DNA of 64,000 nt, taken from contig NC_043018.1 of NCBI RefSeq assembly GCF_006345805.1, positions 14,322,001-14,386,000 of the forward strand. Direction: 5' to 3'. This DNA comes from Octopus sinensis. Lineage: Eukaryota. The notes under the pieces are model-generated. The model had not been told where the DNA came from and did not search any database. It saw only the letters and a program-made list of their open reading frames with translations. This document shows, one piece after another, positions 39,049 through 56,000 of the stretch. The translations under genes and the position numbers were made by a program. Position 1 is the first letter of the stretch; each line of letters starts with the position of its first letter.

Positions 39049-39614
39049 TGTAACGTTTTGTGTGAATATCTTCTCTGCACTGTTTGGGGTGCAAGAAGCA
39101 ATCACTTTCCGTTGCTTTAATAATCCAGAATTCTACCAGTCAAAGAAACACAAAACGCAGACGTAAAAAAATAGATATACTTTATTGTTTTATACCGGTG
39201 AGAAATCAGTGGTATATCTGATATCCTTGGTTCTGGGCGCGCAAGGCTGAAAGTTAATCTCTTGTAAGGTTACAATGTTCAGCCGCTAAAAACAGAACGG
39301 GTTAAAGATGGCGGCGGAAAATGAAGACGACGTTGTCTGCAACAATTTGGTAAAAAACCTTCGGCTGACTGCTATCAAAGCTGGAACGAGAGAAATATAC
39401 GTCTGCTGGTATCAAAGGCCTTCTGCTGTCTCTGCTGTCTCTGCTGGACGCTGATGGTCAAGGTTTTTGCGTTCCCTTGCCTCTTTTGTAAGGGTCGCTT
39501 TTCCTAGCCAATCAGCTAATTCCACGATAGCAATATTCCCTCTTCTGTTGATGTAAACACGCGCGAATCAGAAAAGGGCGTTGCGCGCGCGCGCTGTTGT
39601 ATAGCGTCACTACA
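39049..39614 (-). repeat. 5' LTR (566 bp)
   Basis: Followed on the minus strand by the PBS. Confidence 0.95.
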
Positions 39615-40666
39615 AGCCTTACATATTTGTTTGCGACAGAAATAATAATAATATAGAAGTCAGAAAACCTTGAAGTAAGAACATTCATTCAGTGTTAACA
39701 GTATGGAGAATGTTTACGGACAAACGCTTCGAAGGCGTAATCTTCATCAAAATATATACTTAGATTCGTATTTTTGGTGCAATTAAATTAGCTATATTAC
39801 TAATTGTTTAAATGGTAAATCTTGGATTTTCAGAACAGCTAAAAGATAATTGTTACCTAAACTTCAGCTGTAGACTTCTGCTTCTTTGTAAGAAAAAAAT
39901 GCTTTTCTATTAATGACTCTCACTGCTATATTTGTCTATCATCAGGTGCGTGATGAAAGGCATCAGTGTCCTATTGTTTTGTGTATTCATTTCATACACC
40001 TTCTCGGTTAAACAAAGTAAGTATAATTGTAAAATTCTTTTATTTTATAATAATTTGAAATGTAGTGGGGAAAAAAGGGGGAAAATAGAAAGGTGGAAAA
40101 GAGGAAAATGAATAACGCTACCTCAGCGGTCTTTCGGTTATACTCCATTTATATGTTTTAACAGCTTTCAAAAAAAATAACTCACTTTTTATATACACTA
40201 CTCTTAGACCGAGTATACGGATTTACGCTTCTTCTATATAATATATGACATTTAATTAACAAAATAAACTGACGAATCTTTTATATACAAATCGAGAAGA
40301 ATTCTAGTGGTGTGCTCTCATCTGTTACTCCTGTATTTGATCAGAACGTAAGCACGAACGCAATTCCTCTAAGCATATTTTGTCGAGCTAACGATTCTTC
40401 TCACACACGCCGACGCCTTTAGAATTCTTCATTATTAAAATAATTAAGGGAAGAGAATCAGCAAATGATGTATATAATGTTTCATGTGTTGTTTTGTTTG
40501 TTTTCTTGCCATTCCTTTTTATTGCTCTTTATTGGTTTTTATCTCCTTTTATGTATTAAAAACATCCATCACTACAGAGATGAGCCATATTTAAGTGTAG
40601 GAGTGAGGAAATTCGAGTTCCGGTCGTCATGATCCTCCATCTTGTTTCAGATGGTGTTACCATAAA

Positions 40667-41188
40667 TACATTCTCCTCTATTCAATGAATTATACATTAT
40701 CCTCCATTTGATACATTCTCCTCTATTCAATGAATTATACATTATCCTCCATTTGATACATTCTCCTCTATTCAATGAATTATACATTATCCTCCATTTG
40801 ATACATTCTCCTCTATTCAATGAATTATACATTATCCTCCATTTGATACATTCTCCTCTATTCAATGAATTATACATTATCCTCCATTTGATACATTCTC
40901 CTCTATTCAATGAATTATACATTATCCTCCATTTGATACATTCTCCTCTATTCAATGAATTATACATTATCCTCCATTTGATACATTCTCCTCTATTCAA
41001 TGAATTATACATTATCCTCCATTTGATACATTCTCCTCCATTCAATGAATTATACATTATCCTCCATTTGATACATTCTCCTCTATTCAATGAATTATAC
41101 ATTATCCTCCATTTGATACATTCTCCTCCATTCAATGAATTATACATTATCCTCCATTTGATACATTCTCCTCCATTCAATGAATTAC
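40667..41188. repeat. 45-bp minisatellite, ~11.5 copies
   Basis: Unit tacattctcctctattcaatgaattatacattatcctccatttga; main variant ctctat/ctccat in some units. Confidence 0.97.
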
Positions 41189-41399
41189 CTGTTGAGTGCT
41201 TCATGGGTATTTTGTGTATTTCCACACGAAATATCGGTAAATGGATATTTACTTCTTCCATATATATTTTAATATCTCTTTTAGATGTCGCTCTCTTCCA
41301 TCAAGAGACAGGTTTGAGTAGAAAGAATGAAAGGTAAGAACAACATATGTACGTCTCATACAAATGTAATTAATTTAGTATTGGCAAGATAAGAAAGTT

Positions 41400-41748
41400 C
41401 ATTTTCGGCACTTGATGCTTTGGGAATCAGACAAAAATTGCTGCAGCTCGGCTGCATATTCACCAGATATTGCACCTTCGGATTTTCACTTATTTAGGTC
41501 CCTGCAGAATAGTCTTAATGGTAAAAATTTCAATTCCATCGGTGACGTAAAAGGATACCTTGATGAATTCTTTGCCATGAAACCACTTCAGTTCTGGGAA
41601 GAGGGTATTTTCAAGTTAAATGAAAGATGGAGATCATTGTGAAACAAAATGGTTCATATTTGGTTGATTAAAAATGTAACGGGCAGGTATTTATTGACCT
41701 TTTTCTTTCCTTTAAAAATCGGCACGAACATTCCGCACAACCCAACAG
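41400..41748 (+). mobile_element. Mariner 3' fragment with TIR
   Basis: AYSPDIAPSDFHLFRSLQNSL...FWEEGIFKLNERW; TIR aaaaatcggcacgaacattccgcacaacccaa. Confidence 0.88.
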
Positions 41749-42459
41749 AAGCTGAAGCGTTGCAACAGTTGTCCAGTGTTACCATCCTCCTCTTTGGTTT
41801 TCAAAGAGATATTCATGCGAGCAAAACCGGAGATCTCTATGACAGTTTTTTCATTTTCTTGCTTGCTTCAAGTTATGTTATCCGACCGGTTATTTTTACA
41901 TTGACAGATATTCTGATGTTAATATTCCACCAGCATTCGTTTCGTTGATGTCTATGTATGTATGTAACAACAGGATTTCACTATATACATTCCAGGACAA
42001 TCTTACTACCGGAATGGCATTGTTTCTCTTGTGTTGGCGACAACGTCGTGTCGCATAGGGCGGTAGTACCTTGATATTTTTTGGTAGCTGTTGATCCTAT
42101 GTGTGATGTCTTCAAAAGTAATAGGATATAATGGGGGAATAGAATGTCCACAATCAAGCGACACTGTTGCAAGTTTCCAACGGTTTTTCTTTCGTTCACT
42201 TCAAACAGTTGAGGTTTGTTTCTGAAAATCTGTTCCGGCCATCCCCACACTCGCTCCTTTTCACCTTCCTGTACATCAGTCATCATGTCGTTGGACACGA
42301 AATGGTAGTGAAGGAATGTGGCAGCATTCAGTTTGTGCATAATGTTTGGGCAAGAAATGAGTTAATAGCTTTCTGTAAACTCTGTGCTTTCATTATGGGC
42401 TGCCGGCTTCGTTGTGTGTCAATGTGACCTTCCACACACACACACATACATAGGTGCAG

Positions 42460-42770
42460 GTGTGGCTGTGTAGTAATAAACTTGGTTCCAAATCACATGG
42501 TCCTCAGTTCAGTCCCACTGTGTGGTAACTTGGCATGTGTCTTCTGCTATAGCCTCAGACCAACCAAAGCCTTGTCAGTGGATTTTGTAGACAGAAACTG
42601 AAAGAAATGAATTGTATATATATATGTATATATAAATGTAAGTCTATGAGTGTGTCTTTGCGTTTCTCCCTCATCATTGCTTCACAACTAGTGTTGGTTT
42701 ATTTAAATCCCCATAACTTACTGGTGTCAGAAGAAACTGATAGAATAAGTACCAGGAATATCAAAATAAA
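42460..42770 (+). mobile_element. SINE family A, diverged
   Basis: ggtgtggctgtgtag...gttcagtcccactgtgtgg...accaaagccttg...gaaactgaaag. Confidence 0.75.
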
Positions 42771-42821
42771 AAAACCGACTATGCAGTGTCTCATATTTTT
42801 GTTTGCCCAGTTGTATCTACC

Positions 42822-43125
42822 AATTTATCTTTGTGTGTGTGTGTGTGTATGTATGTATATATATGGATTTCGTAGACAGGAACTGAAACAAATCAATCTT
42901 ATATATATGTATGTATATATATAAGTGTATGTGTCTGTCTTTGTCTCTGTGTTTCACCCTCATCACTGCTTCACAACTGCTGTTCATTTATTTACATCCC
43001 TATAACTTATTGGTTTCACAAGAACAAACTAATAGGATAAGTACCAGGCTTATCAACATAAAAAAGCACTAGGCTGTGTCTCATATTTTTGTTTGCGCAC
43101 TCAGTTGTATCTATCAATTTATCTT

Positions 43126-43172
<47 letters not shown>

Positions 43173-45918
43173 CACCCTAATGGCGGCCTTAACTCCCAAA
43201 TTTTAGTCATGTCTTTTATGATCCAAAACTAGGTCAAAAGTACTGAATGGATATTTATGAAATTTGGATATTATATTCTATGCATAAGGGCCATAACCCC
43301 CATGATAATTCATATATTTTTGCTGTTGATAAAATTTTAACCGTAGATATTAGACACAACTGAAGTAATTTTTAAAAAATTTCATCTTCTTACAAGTTAG
43401 AAAGACCCCTCCATGGGGACTTTTGTCATTTTATCTAAGCAAAAACGAATACAGTTGTGCTCTTAGAAGCTGTATGGTTACCAGAGCATAAAAGATGAGC
43501 ATTATTAGTAATTCAATGGTGCAAAAGTGTAACAGTTTGCTTTCACATACACTTACATTGTTATTTCTGTAATGTGCTGCATAAATTGTCAATTAAATGA
43601 GAGGCATCTTTGCCTCCACTGCTTCAGTTGCAAAGTGTTGAGTAAAGTTATTTGATTGCAGACCTACTTTCAGTCATTTTATTATCACTGGGTCACACAT
43701 AGTCCCCAGATGGTAACACTGATTTTAAGGCCTTCCCAGATGAGTGACTTGTTATTCAAAGACGTTCATAGATTGCAAATTTATTCTGCCCAGTTACGTA
43801 TCAGTGTAGTGGTCATTTGGAAACTCCAGAGGTGACATTTTCATTTCTCCTTAGCCCTCACGTCACACAGTTGTTAATTTTTATTTCAGTTGGGTCACGC
43901 CCTTCCAATTGCTATAGATCCATAATGCATCTAACGGCTGTGCCTGTCACCTGGATCGTGAGAAAGCCTACTTTGGAAGTGGTAACGACTAGGGTAGGGT
44001 AGCTGACCGCTTATTGTGATCATTCGTCTTTTCGTTTCCTGTAGCTTTACTGTCTTTTACAAACCCAGTGAACATATATTTCCTATTTCAAAGAAATTCA
44101 AACAATAGATATAAGACCCAAGTTAAAAAGATTCTCAACAATGCAACTTCTCTGCCTGACATTAAGACACCCACGCCCAACAGGGGCCTTAACTTTCACA
44201 TTTTAGAGTCCATGATCTTCATTTTTCAGGAGCAAAATCCTTTTAACAGATTCGATAAGACTGGAATTTTGGAATATGCGTATAAAAATCAGTAGTATGG
44301 GAGACATGTAGCACGATTACAATTTTTTTAGGGTGTGTAAAGAGGGAAAGAACGCTCATCTGCAATTTTGAAGAAATTCGAATCATAGGTATTCCAGTTA
44401 ATTACAGAAAATATAACAGAAAAGTCTAATTCTTCAATTGCATGTAACATGGGCAACGCCGGGTATCTCTGCTAGTTTAATAATATTTTGTATTCTCTAC
44501 TATATTTTGTATTTACAGTGAAAAGTTTAAGAGAACTGCATGTTCAAAACAAGGATGTGCGGGTCAAGGAATAAGTAAAATATGTGTATGCTGCCGCGGT
44601 TACAACTGTATACGAACCAGAGATTATTGCGCGTGTCGTAAAAGTATAGCCGGTTCGGTTCACATGACTAATAACATTATAGTCCAAACCGTAATCGCCT
44701 TTCTGGTTTTTTCTCGTAAATTTACCATCTAATTGGCGTGCTGCTCTGGTGAAGTTTGAAGGTAAACTACAGACGTAAGATTGTTTTTATTGATGGCGGA
44801 AATCGATGAGAAGAAATGCAGACAAAACAGCAAAAATACACTCAACAACAAGATCAACAACATGCTGCTACTTCTTTTATCTTCCTCCTCCCCCTCCTCA
44901 CTCCCTCCCCTTCTTCCTCCTCCTCCTCCACTCCTCCTCCTCCTCCACTTCCTCCTCCTTCCCCTTCATCATCCTCATTCCCTCCATTCTTCCCCTATTC
45001 CTCTGCTTCCCATTAATCCTCCTCCTACACTTCCCATTAATCCTCCTCATTCCCTCCCCACTTCCTCCTCCTACACTTCCCATTCATCCTCCTCATTCCC
45101 TCCCCACTTCCTCCTCCTCCTCTCCTCCCCTTCTCCTCTTCCCCTTCATCATCCTCATTCCCTCCATTCTTCCCCCTATTCCTCATTTTCCCATTCATCC
45201 TCCGCATTCCCTCCACCCTTCATCCACCTCCTCCTCCTCCCCACTTCCCCTTCATCCTCCTCATTCCCTCCACCCTTCATCCTCCTCCTCCTATTCCACT
45301 TCCCCTTCATCCTCCTCCAATACTTCTCACTTCCTCCTCCTCCTCCCCAATTCCTCCTTTTCCCCACTTCCTCCGCCTCTCCTCTTCCTCCTCCTCCCCA
45401 CTTCTTCTTCCTCCTCCCCGCTTCCCTCCCCACTTCCCCCTCCTCCTCCTCTTATCTAACCAATCGTCAGATCCTATGGCAGTAGAAAACTACGAATAAA
45501 CATCAAGAGACAGTGAAATATAAAACATTAACGAGCAGAAGTTTGATTCTGTAATTTATCCTGGAGAGGAATTCACGTGCGTTGCACCAAGAACTGAGAA
45601 TGGTAAAAGAAGAGAAAATCTGCAAACCATAACCTACAACTATGAGTTTTCTAACAAACCCAACTTAATACGACGAATACATTTAATATCTAATATATTT
45701 ATGCTATTAATCCGTCAAATTTTAATGAAATTCCAATGAAATAAAAATATTAAAGCATCGCAAGTACTTGGTGTTTCGATATTCGCTGTGCTATTTGTTT
45801 TTAATCTATTGAAACGGTAAGAAAATCTCAGTGCTTCGTTCTTCGCTGTGGTGTTGGCCTTTAAGTTATGGATATGGATGTTAAGATTTTACATTGCAAT
45901 GTCACACAATATTATTGT

Positions 45919-45968
<50 letters not shown>

Positions 45969-46222
45969 CGATGGGCCACATACCCCAGAAATAATCATGT
46001 GCTCAGTCGCATCCCGCGGTGATTGGTGAGATGACGTAGCTGCAGAGGATGGCCAACGACCTTTGTTGCAGCTGCCACGCCACATCCCGTGTTGCACTTG
46101 GTTTGATGAGGATTTTTCTGTAATTCCTTGAAAGTTGGACGACCACGAAATCTCGTACATTTTCTTGAAATATTGTAGAAAAAATGTCAAATATTGAAAC
46201 CCACACATACATACACTCACAC

Positions 46223-46228
<6 letters not shown>
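42822..46228 (+). repeat. Left arm of a large inverted duplication
   Basis: Collinear reverse-complement match to 60272-64000 (e.g. aacaccctaatggcg at ~43151 vs ~63595; paired ORFs 43817-44002/62759-62944, 44068-44295/62503-62694, 45912-46220/60291-60626); about 97% identity in a 200-nt stretch compared by eye. Confidence 0.95.
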
Positions 46229-46275
<47 letters not shown>

Positions 46276-46407
46276 TAAATTAGAGATAAAACCACTTTTA
46301 GGCAAATCAAACAATGAAAAACTTAAGCCAATACAGAAAATTAATTAATTTAAATTATTTTAAATATATATCAAAAGTATTAAAAGATTAATAAAAGATA
46401 ATGATTA

Positions 46408-46482
46408 AAACACTACGATCGTTTCATGTCTGTCCAATTCGTAATAATTCGAGTTATGGTTACAGTCAATCTTCAGGTGATT
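46408..46482 (-). ncRNA. Minimal type I hammerhead-like ribozyme
   Basis: Minus strand: cac CTGAAGA t-tgactgt...acagaca-t GAAAC GATC GTA gtg. Core intact; stem I only ~3 bp; 10.1-11.1 pair is U-U. Confidence 0.6.
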
Positions 46483-46541
46483 GAAATATCTAAAATATAA
46501 TCAAAAATATTTAAACAATATTTTTAAGATATAAATAATAT

Positions 46542-47088
46542 AATAACGTAAGGGGGATCAGCCATCTGAATGTGGCTAGGGACAGGGCGGGGTGGTGGGG
46601 GTGTTACTGATGCATTTAGCCCCAGGCGATCATCGACGTCACCAGAAGGACCGACACCATGACGGTGTCCTTGCTAGCCTGTAAAGGGAGATCAGCCTCC
46701 CCGAAGATACGGATACTACATACGGACCGGTTTCGAGGTAATTGCCTCTTATCAATGCATGGTAAGCACCGTTCTTCGATGAGGGACTCTCTCCACAGGC
46801 TGCATATATAAGGATTTTCACAGTAACCACAGTCACTGATGTAGAAAAACCGTTCGAAAACAATAATAAATCTCTGAGCGAGATATAAACAGTAATTGCT
46901 CTATAACTGCTGTAGTATCCGTATCTTCGGGGAGGCTGATCTCGCTTTACAGGCTAGCAAGGACACCGTGATGGTGTCGGTCCTTCTGGTGACGTCGATG
47001 ATCGCCTGGGGCTAAATGCATCAGTAACACTCCCACCACCCCGCCCTGTCCCTAGCCACATTCAGATGGCTGATCCCCCTTACGTTAT
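46542..47088. mobile_element. GC-rich insert with ~180-bp inverted repeats and a decayed hammerhead (probable PLE pseudo-LTR)
   Basis: ~46542-46720 is the near-perfect reverse complement of ~46911-47088; minus 46761-46719 reads catgca TTGATAA gagg caatta cctc GAAAC CG GTC cgtatg. Confidence 0.7.
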
Positions 47089-48639
47089 AGAGCAGTTACT
47101 GTTTATATCTCGCTCAGAGATTTATTATTGTAATAATATAATAATTTTACTTATAATAAACTCTATTATCAAACTAGAAACATAGAACTTAACAATTATG
47201 ATTATATCAAAATCGACTATAATGTTAAATATTAATTTTAATTTATAAGGTAGGAAACCCACCCATAATCTAATTTCGGTATTAGTCTATATCTAATTAC
47301 ATAAATATTTAAAAATGACTAATATATATAAATTATCAATGAAAATATATAAATGTATATAAATATTATAATTAAGATCTAAAATAATCTCTATAAATAA
47401 ATGTATATGCACATATAATAAAAACCTAATAAATTTAATTTTTCATATTTAAAGATGAAATAGCTAATTTCAAAATATAAATAAACAAACTTAAACGAAT
47501 TTTCGGAAATCTTATGTAAAATACTTTTAGAAATAATTCATTCGTAGTAATATAGTATCGAATAAATACTATAAATACTATAAATATAATTATCAATGGG
47601 AATAACTAGCGAATATCTATTTAAAGAAATAACTAAGTTAAAACAACGATATTTACATAAGGGGAATATTATTACTCCAAAGACTTATACAATATTAAAA
47701 TTTACAATTTGAAGATCTTAAATAAATACATACTTATCTTAGCGAGGTTTAGCAATGAACTAAAATTTTGAATCGGAAAACGTCTTTACAGCGTTTATTA
47801 GAATACTCTCGTAATTACGTTATTAGCAAAAAAAAGAATAAATTGTTGAAGAATTCAATACGGGTGAGGAACCTACGTTTTATTAATGATTGTGAATGGG
47901 AAAATTATTTGTTTATCATTGTAAATAGAATGAAGTCACAAATAAAGAATAAAATCTCTCTATACTATAATATTATTTAATAAAATAACTATGATAAATG
48001 AAACTTAATACAAAATAAATTAAATGATTTAAATGATTAAAAACCACTAATTATTAAATATATTCTAAAAATCTTATGAGATTAATAAATATATAAAAAT
48101 TTATTTATATAGTAACCCCTCAACATACTATAAAGTCTTTCCGATGCCTTTATAATTATAAGCTAAAATTAGTGATCATAACCAAAACTATAAATACTTA
48201 TCAAAATTTGTAGTATAACTATACATACGTATACATAAATATATAAAAAAAATATGTATACATATATATATACATACATATACATATACATACACATATA
48301 CACATACATACACACATACATACATATACATATATACACACATATATACACACACATACACGCATACACATCTTCACACTCATACATACATGTACATACA
48401 TACAATACTCAATATATACACTTACACCTATATATACACACCCACACACATACAAATAAATAAATGTATATACATATACATATATATACACACACATCAT
48501 CATATACACATATATACATACACACACAACCACATATATCATATAATAAATACATATATAAATGTCTATAATCATACTACAATAGAAAATAGAGGTAAAT
48601 ATTAAGTTAAATCTAAATAATTAATCTACTAATCTATAC

Positions 48640-52567
<3,928 letters not shown>

Positions 52568-52569
<2 letters not shown>

Positions 52570-52735
52570 CGCATGAGTGGCAGTGTGGTAAAAGCTTGAT
52601 TCCCAGCAACGTGCGTCCGTGTTCAGTGCCACTGCGTGGTACCTTGGGGAGGTTTCTTCTACTATATCCTCGGACCGACCAAAGCCTTGTCAGTGGATTT
52701 GGTATACAGGAACTGAATGATTCCTGTAGTATGTA
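52568..52735 (+). mobile_element. SINE family A, 5' part
   Basis: ggcgcatgagtggcagtgtggtaa...gttcagtgccactgcgtggtaccttggg...gaccaaagccttg. Confidence 0.75.
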
Positions 52736-53109
52736 TGTATATAGATATATATTAGCAGATATTAGCCCCTTGATAATATTCTCACATTGGCTCCTAAGTC
52801 TAACAATTTTACGTCTATTTTTTTCTTTGTATAATACTGCTCACTTGCTTAGTAAGTATTGCTTTCGTTATTTTATCACAGTCATAATCTCTTTTTTTAA
52901 GCAAACATCACGCGAGTCCAACAGCAAAGGGAGAAGTAGTTTGTAAAATTTTACCTTTCCCTCAAAGCAACATGGAGATTTCAGTCTAGCAGCCCTTCTG
53001 TAAGCATTGTCGTACGCGCGCGTGTGTGTCTGTGAGAGAGAGAGAGGGTCAGACAGACAGAGAACATTGCCAACAATGAATGAAATAAACATGATCTTCT
53101 TCCAATAAA

Positions 53110-53885
53110 AGCGGTTCTGTGGCATTTTTTACATACTATGCAATGTTGTTTTCTTCTGCCCTAATGCTGTGTTTGCATCCAATAAGTCCTCTTCCCCCCT
53201 CTTTCTTTTTCTTGATACATGCAGTCTGTCTGTGTCGCTCTTTGGGTGGAGTATCCCATATCTAGTCGTCAACTTCCTTATCTCTCTCTGTCTATGCTGT
53301 TTAGTTCGTCTACTCTCCATGCGATTACCTCTGCTCCACATCTCAGGAATGAAACCGCCCAGTTGTTGATAGATTCAATCTTATTCCGTCCGTTTAATTT
53401 CGACTTAAGGATCAGTCTCAGTCTGCACAAGTACTCCACCTTATGTTTTTCTGTCATTTCTTTCTCCATCAATTTATCCATTTCCAATGTCCCCAAGTAC
53501 GTATAGTCCGTCTTTTCTATCTGTTTCATAACGTCCCTCAACGGTATCGCTAGCCCGTCCATACATTTGATTTTGCCTCTCTTCAAGACTAACACACCAT
53601 ACTTTCTCAGACCAAGCTCCATTCTGATATCAGCACTGAAACTATACATCGTATCAACGACGGAACTGACTTGGGATTCATCTTTACCATAAAGTTTGAG
53701 GTCATCCATGAATAACAAGTGGTTGAGATTTTGTTGGCGGCTTTTGAATACATACCCAGCCTTTGCTTTCCTCAGAATCAGTATTAGTGGTATCATGCAC
53801 AGTACAAAGATCAGTGGGGACAGGCAGTCCCCTTGGAAGATGCCTCTCCTGATTTCTATTGTCCTTAAACTTCTTCCATAGGCTG
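53110..53885 (-). mobile_element. R4/Dong-type LINE internal RT fragment
   Basis: RGIFQGD (shifted frame), HLLFMDDLKLYGKDE, LKSKLNGRNKI..IN.WAV, HPKSDTDRL. Confidence 0.85.
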
Positions 53886-54757
53886 TCAGTGCCGTTGACG
53901 TAAGGCCCCGAACCCTTCAAAGGGATGTTTAGCATTTAAGTTAGCGAAAAAAAGCATAATTTGTGATTCCAAAAGGATTATATCTTCCTCAAAGTTACGA
54001 GGGAAAAACATCGGATCTTGTGAATTTTCCAAATTTCTCTTTTCAACCTCACAAATTTCTTTATAATCGTAATCTATACCGTTTGAAAGGTATAAAATTT
54101 CATTCAAAAACCCCACTTTCCAAAACGTTATGAGGGAAAAACATCGGATTTTGGGGATTTTCCGGAGGCCTCTGCCCACCAACGTTGCTTTCCGGGCATT
54201 TTTGGATTCATATTCGTTTCTACGCCTTTTTTTTTTACATTTTGTTTCGATTTAATTTCCGGGTAATAACGTCAACATTAACCAACCATTTTTCGCTCCC
54301 TCCATTTTTTTCACTTCCTTCCCAACATATTTTAAAAATATAAACTCAATATGACTGAAGTTTAAATAATGTGCATTTTTAGGATCTTCACCGAATATCA
54401 TCGCTTGTGTACCACATTGAGACTTTTGCGAACATTTGAAAATTTGTTCGTTGAAACGTGTTTTTCCGAATTTTACTTTCTAACTTTAAACTCTACTAAA
54501 CATTTTGTATATTTATTGGTACAATTGATGAGCAAAAAATTGTGGAAAACAGTTTGATATTTCGATAAATCTAATACGAAATTTGAAAACGACCACAAGT
54601 TTTCAGATGCATGTGCCTTTTCAAACCCGAAATGAAATCTTCCTATATATTTTCCTGCGTGGAATTACATTTCTTTCTGTTATACCTATACATACATAGA
54701 TACATACATACATACACATACGCACACACATATATATATATATACACACACACATAC

Positions 54758-54791
<34 letters not shown>

Positions 54792-54842
54792 TAACATACA
54801 TACATACATACATAAATACATATATGCATATATATATATGTA

Positions 54843-54926
<84 letters not shown>

Positions 54927-55499
54927 TACATATATATATATATGTATACGCCAACACACACACATATGGTAACTGAAAGACGGAAAAATAGAATATACGA
55001 GAATTTATTAATCACGACAATTGTTTCCATACATCTACCATCGAACCCTGACGGGTGGGACACTCAAAAACTGGTTCAGAAGCATCCGGTGGTGCAGATG
55101 TGTCTCATCGGGTGATAAATAGTCACAAATCGTTAAAGAACAATTCCGCAATATAACGTCTCGTTTTGTAGAAAGAAAAGTAGCCAGGTGGAGGAAATAT
55201 CTTCATTTACATAGAAGTTGAAAAATGAAATTACAGATAAAAAAAAAGAGAAATGAACAGGCAATACAGCGAGGAAATTATTAGAAATAACCGTTAACAT
55301 ATATGGATGTATTAACGTCCTCGGACAAGCTGCGTGGTGCGAGTACACTCGATCATACAAGCATCCGCGGAAATGTGAGCATACGTACACGTGAGGTTTG
55401 GTGCGCTCATGATTACAAAGCGAGTTAACTATCTACTTTGTGTTTGTAAGAATGGAGATGTTAAAAGTAAACTTAAGTCATCTATACCTTAAAATAAAT

Positions 55500-56000
55500 T
55501 CTGTTAGCAGTTACTCAAAGTTCATTCCCCCTGCATTCTGCGAAAATACATTCATATGCGTCTAGGCATCTCGAGAGTATTTCAGAAAGTCTGTTAATTG
55601 TCTTGTCATTAGTCCACAAATTAGACAGAGATTTGTAGGAGCAGAGACGGCATCTTCTGGAAATTATATTGTATGGTTTCGCGTACCTTACTATGGACCA
55701 GCATATGCTGTACTTCATTTTATCCTCCTTCAGTCACCATACAAAATCAGCCAAATATATAGGATGTCTTATTGATTGTCTTAAAGATGGCAACAAGATT
55801 ACGATAAATGAAGCAGCCGTCTGCTCAATGTAAACATGCGGCCATCTCCTTGTAAGCACGGTACATTTATATACAAGATTTGTACTCATACAAAGATTCA
55901 TCAATGGACATTTTGATTTTTCTCTGCATGAGCATTTATCGCATTTTTAATTGTATATAAGACAGTCCCGACTCCATTTATCGACGTTGTTACCGTGTTA
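55500..56000 (-). mobile_element. Penelope-like element GIY-YIG fragment, decayed
   Basis: C.CREK...VYKC...HVYI...; YSICWSIVRYAKPYNIISRRCRLC...INRLSEILSRC pattern typical of a PLE endonuclease C-terminus. Confidence 0.7.

Larger units (their letters stand above)
33910..39614 (-). mobile_element. Ty3/Gypsy LTR retrotransposon, CsRn1/Kabuki lineage, full length
   Basis: LTRs 33910-34474 and 39049-39614 with TG...CA ends; 4-bp TSD AGCC (33906-33909, 39615-39618); PBS TGGTGATCCCCGAAGT (39047-39032, resembles a tRNA-Trp 3' end); PPT GTGGGGGAG next to the 3' LTR; CHCC Gag knuckle. Confidence 0.95.
46270..48150. mobile_element. AT-rich repeat (same family as 20148-21705, opposite orientation) interrupted by a GC-rich insert
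   Basis: Starts tatattaaattagagataaaaccact; reverse-complement matches to 20255-21400 (e.g. aattagctatttcatctttaa; atatttatatacatttatatattttcattgataattta). Confidence 0.75.

Noticed and set aside
40667-41188. CRISPR-like array
   Set aside because: Contiguous tandem units without spacers, eukaryotic context, no cas genes.
43817-44002. 61-aa ORF preserved in both arms
   Set aside because: Expected at ~96% DNA identity; the noticed differences are non-synonymous and no family is recognisable.
44781-45485. Pro/Ser/Leu-rich ORFs in both arms (and 61058-61980)
   Set aside because: Open in all frames because of (CCT)n composition; length and frame differ between arms.
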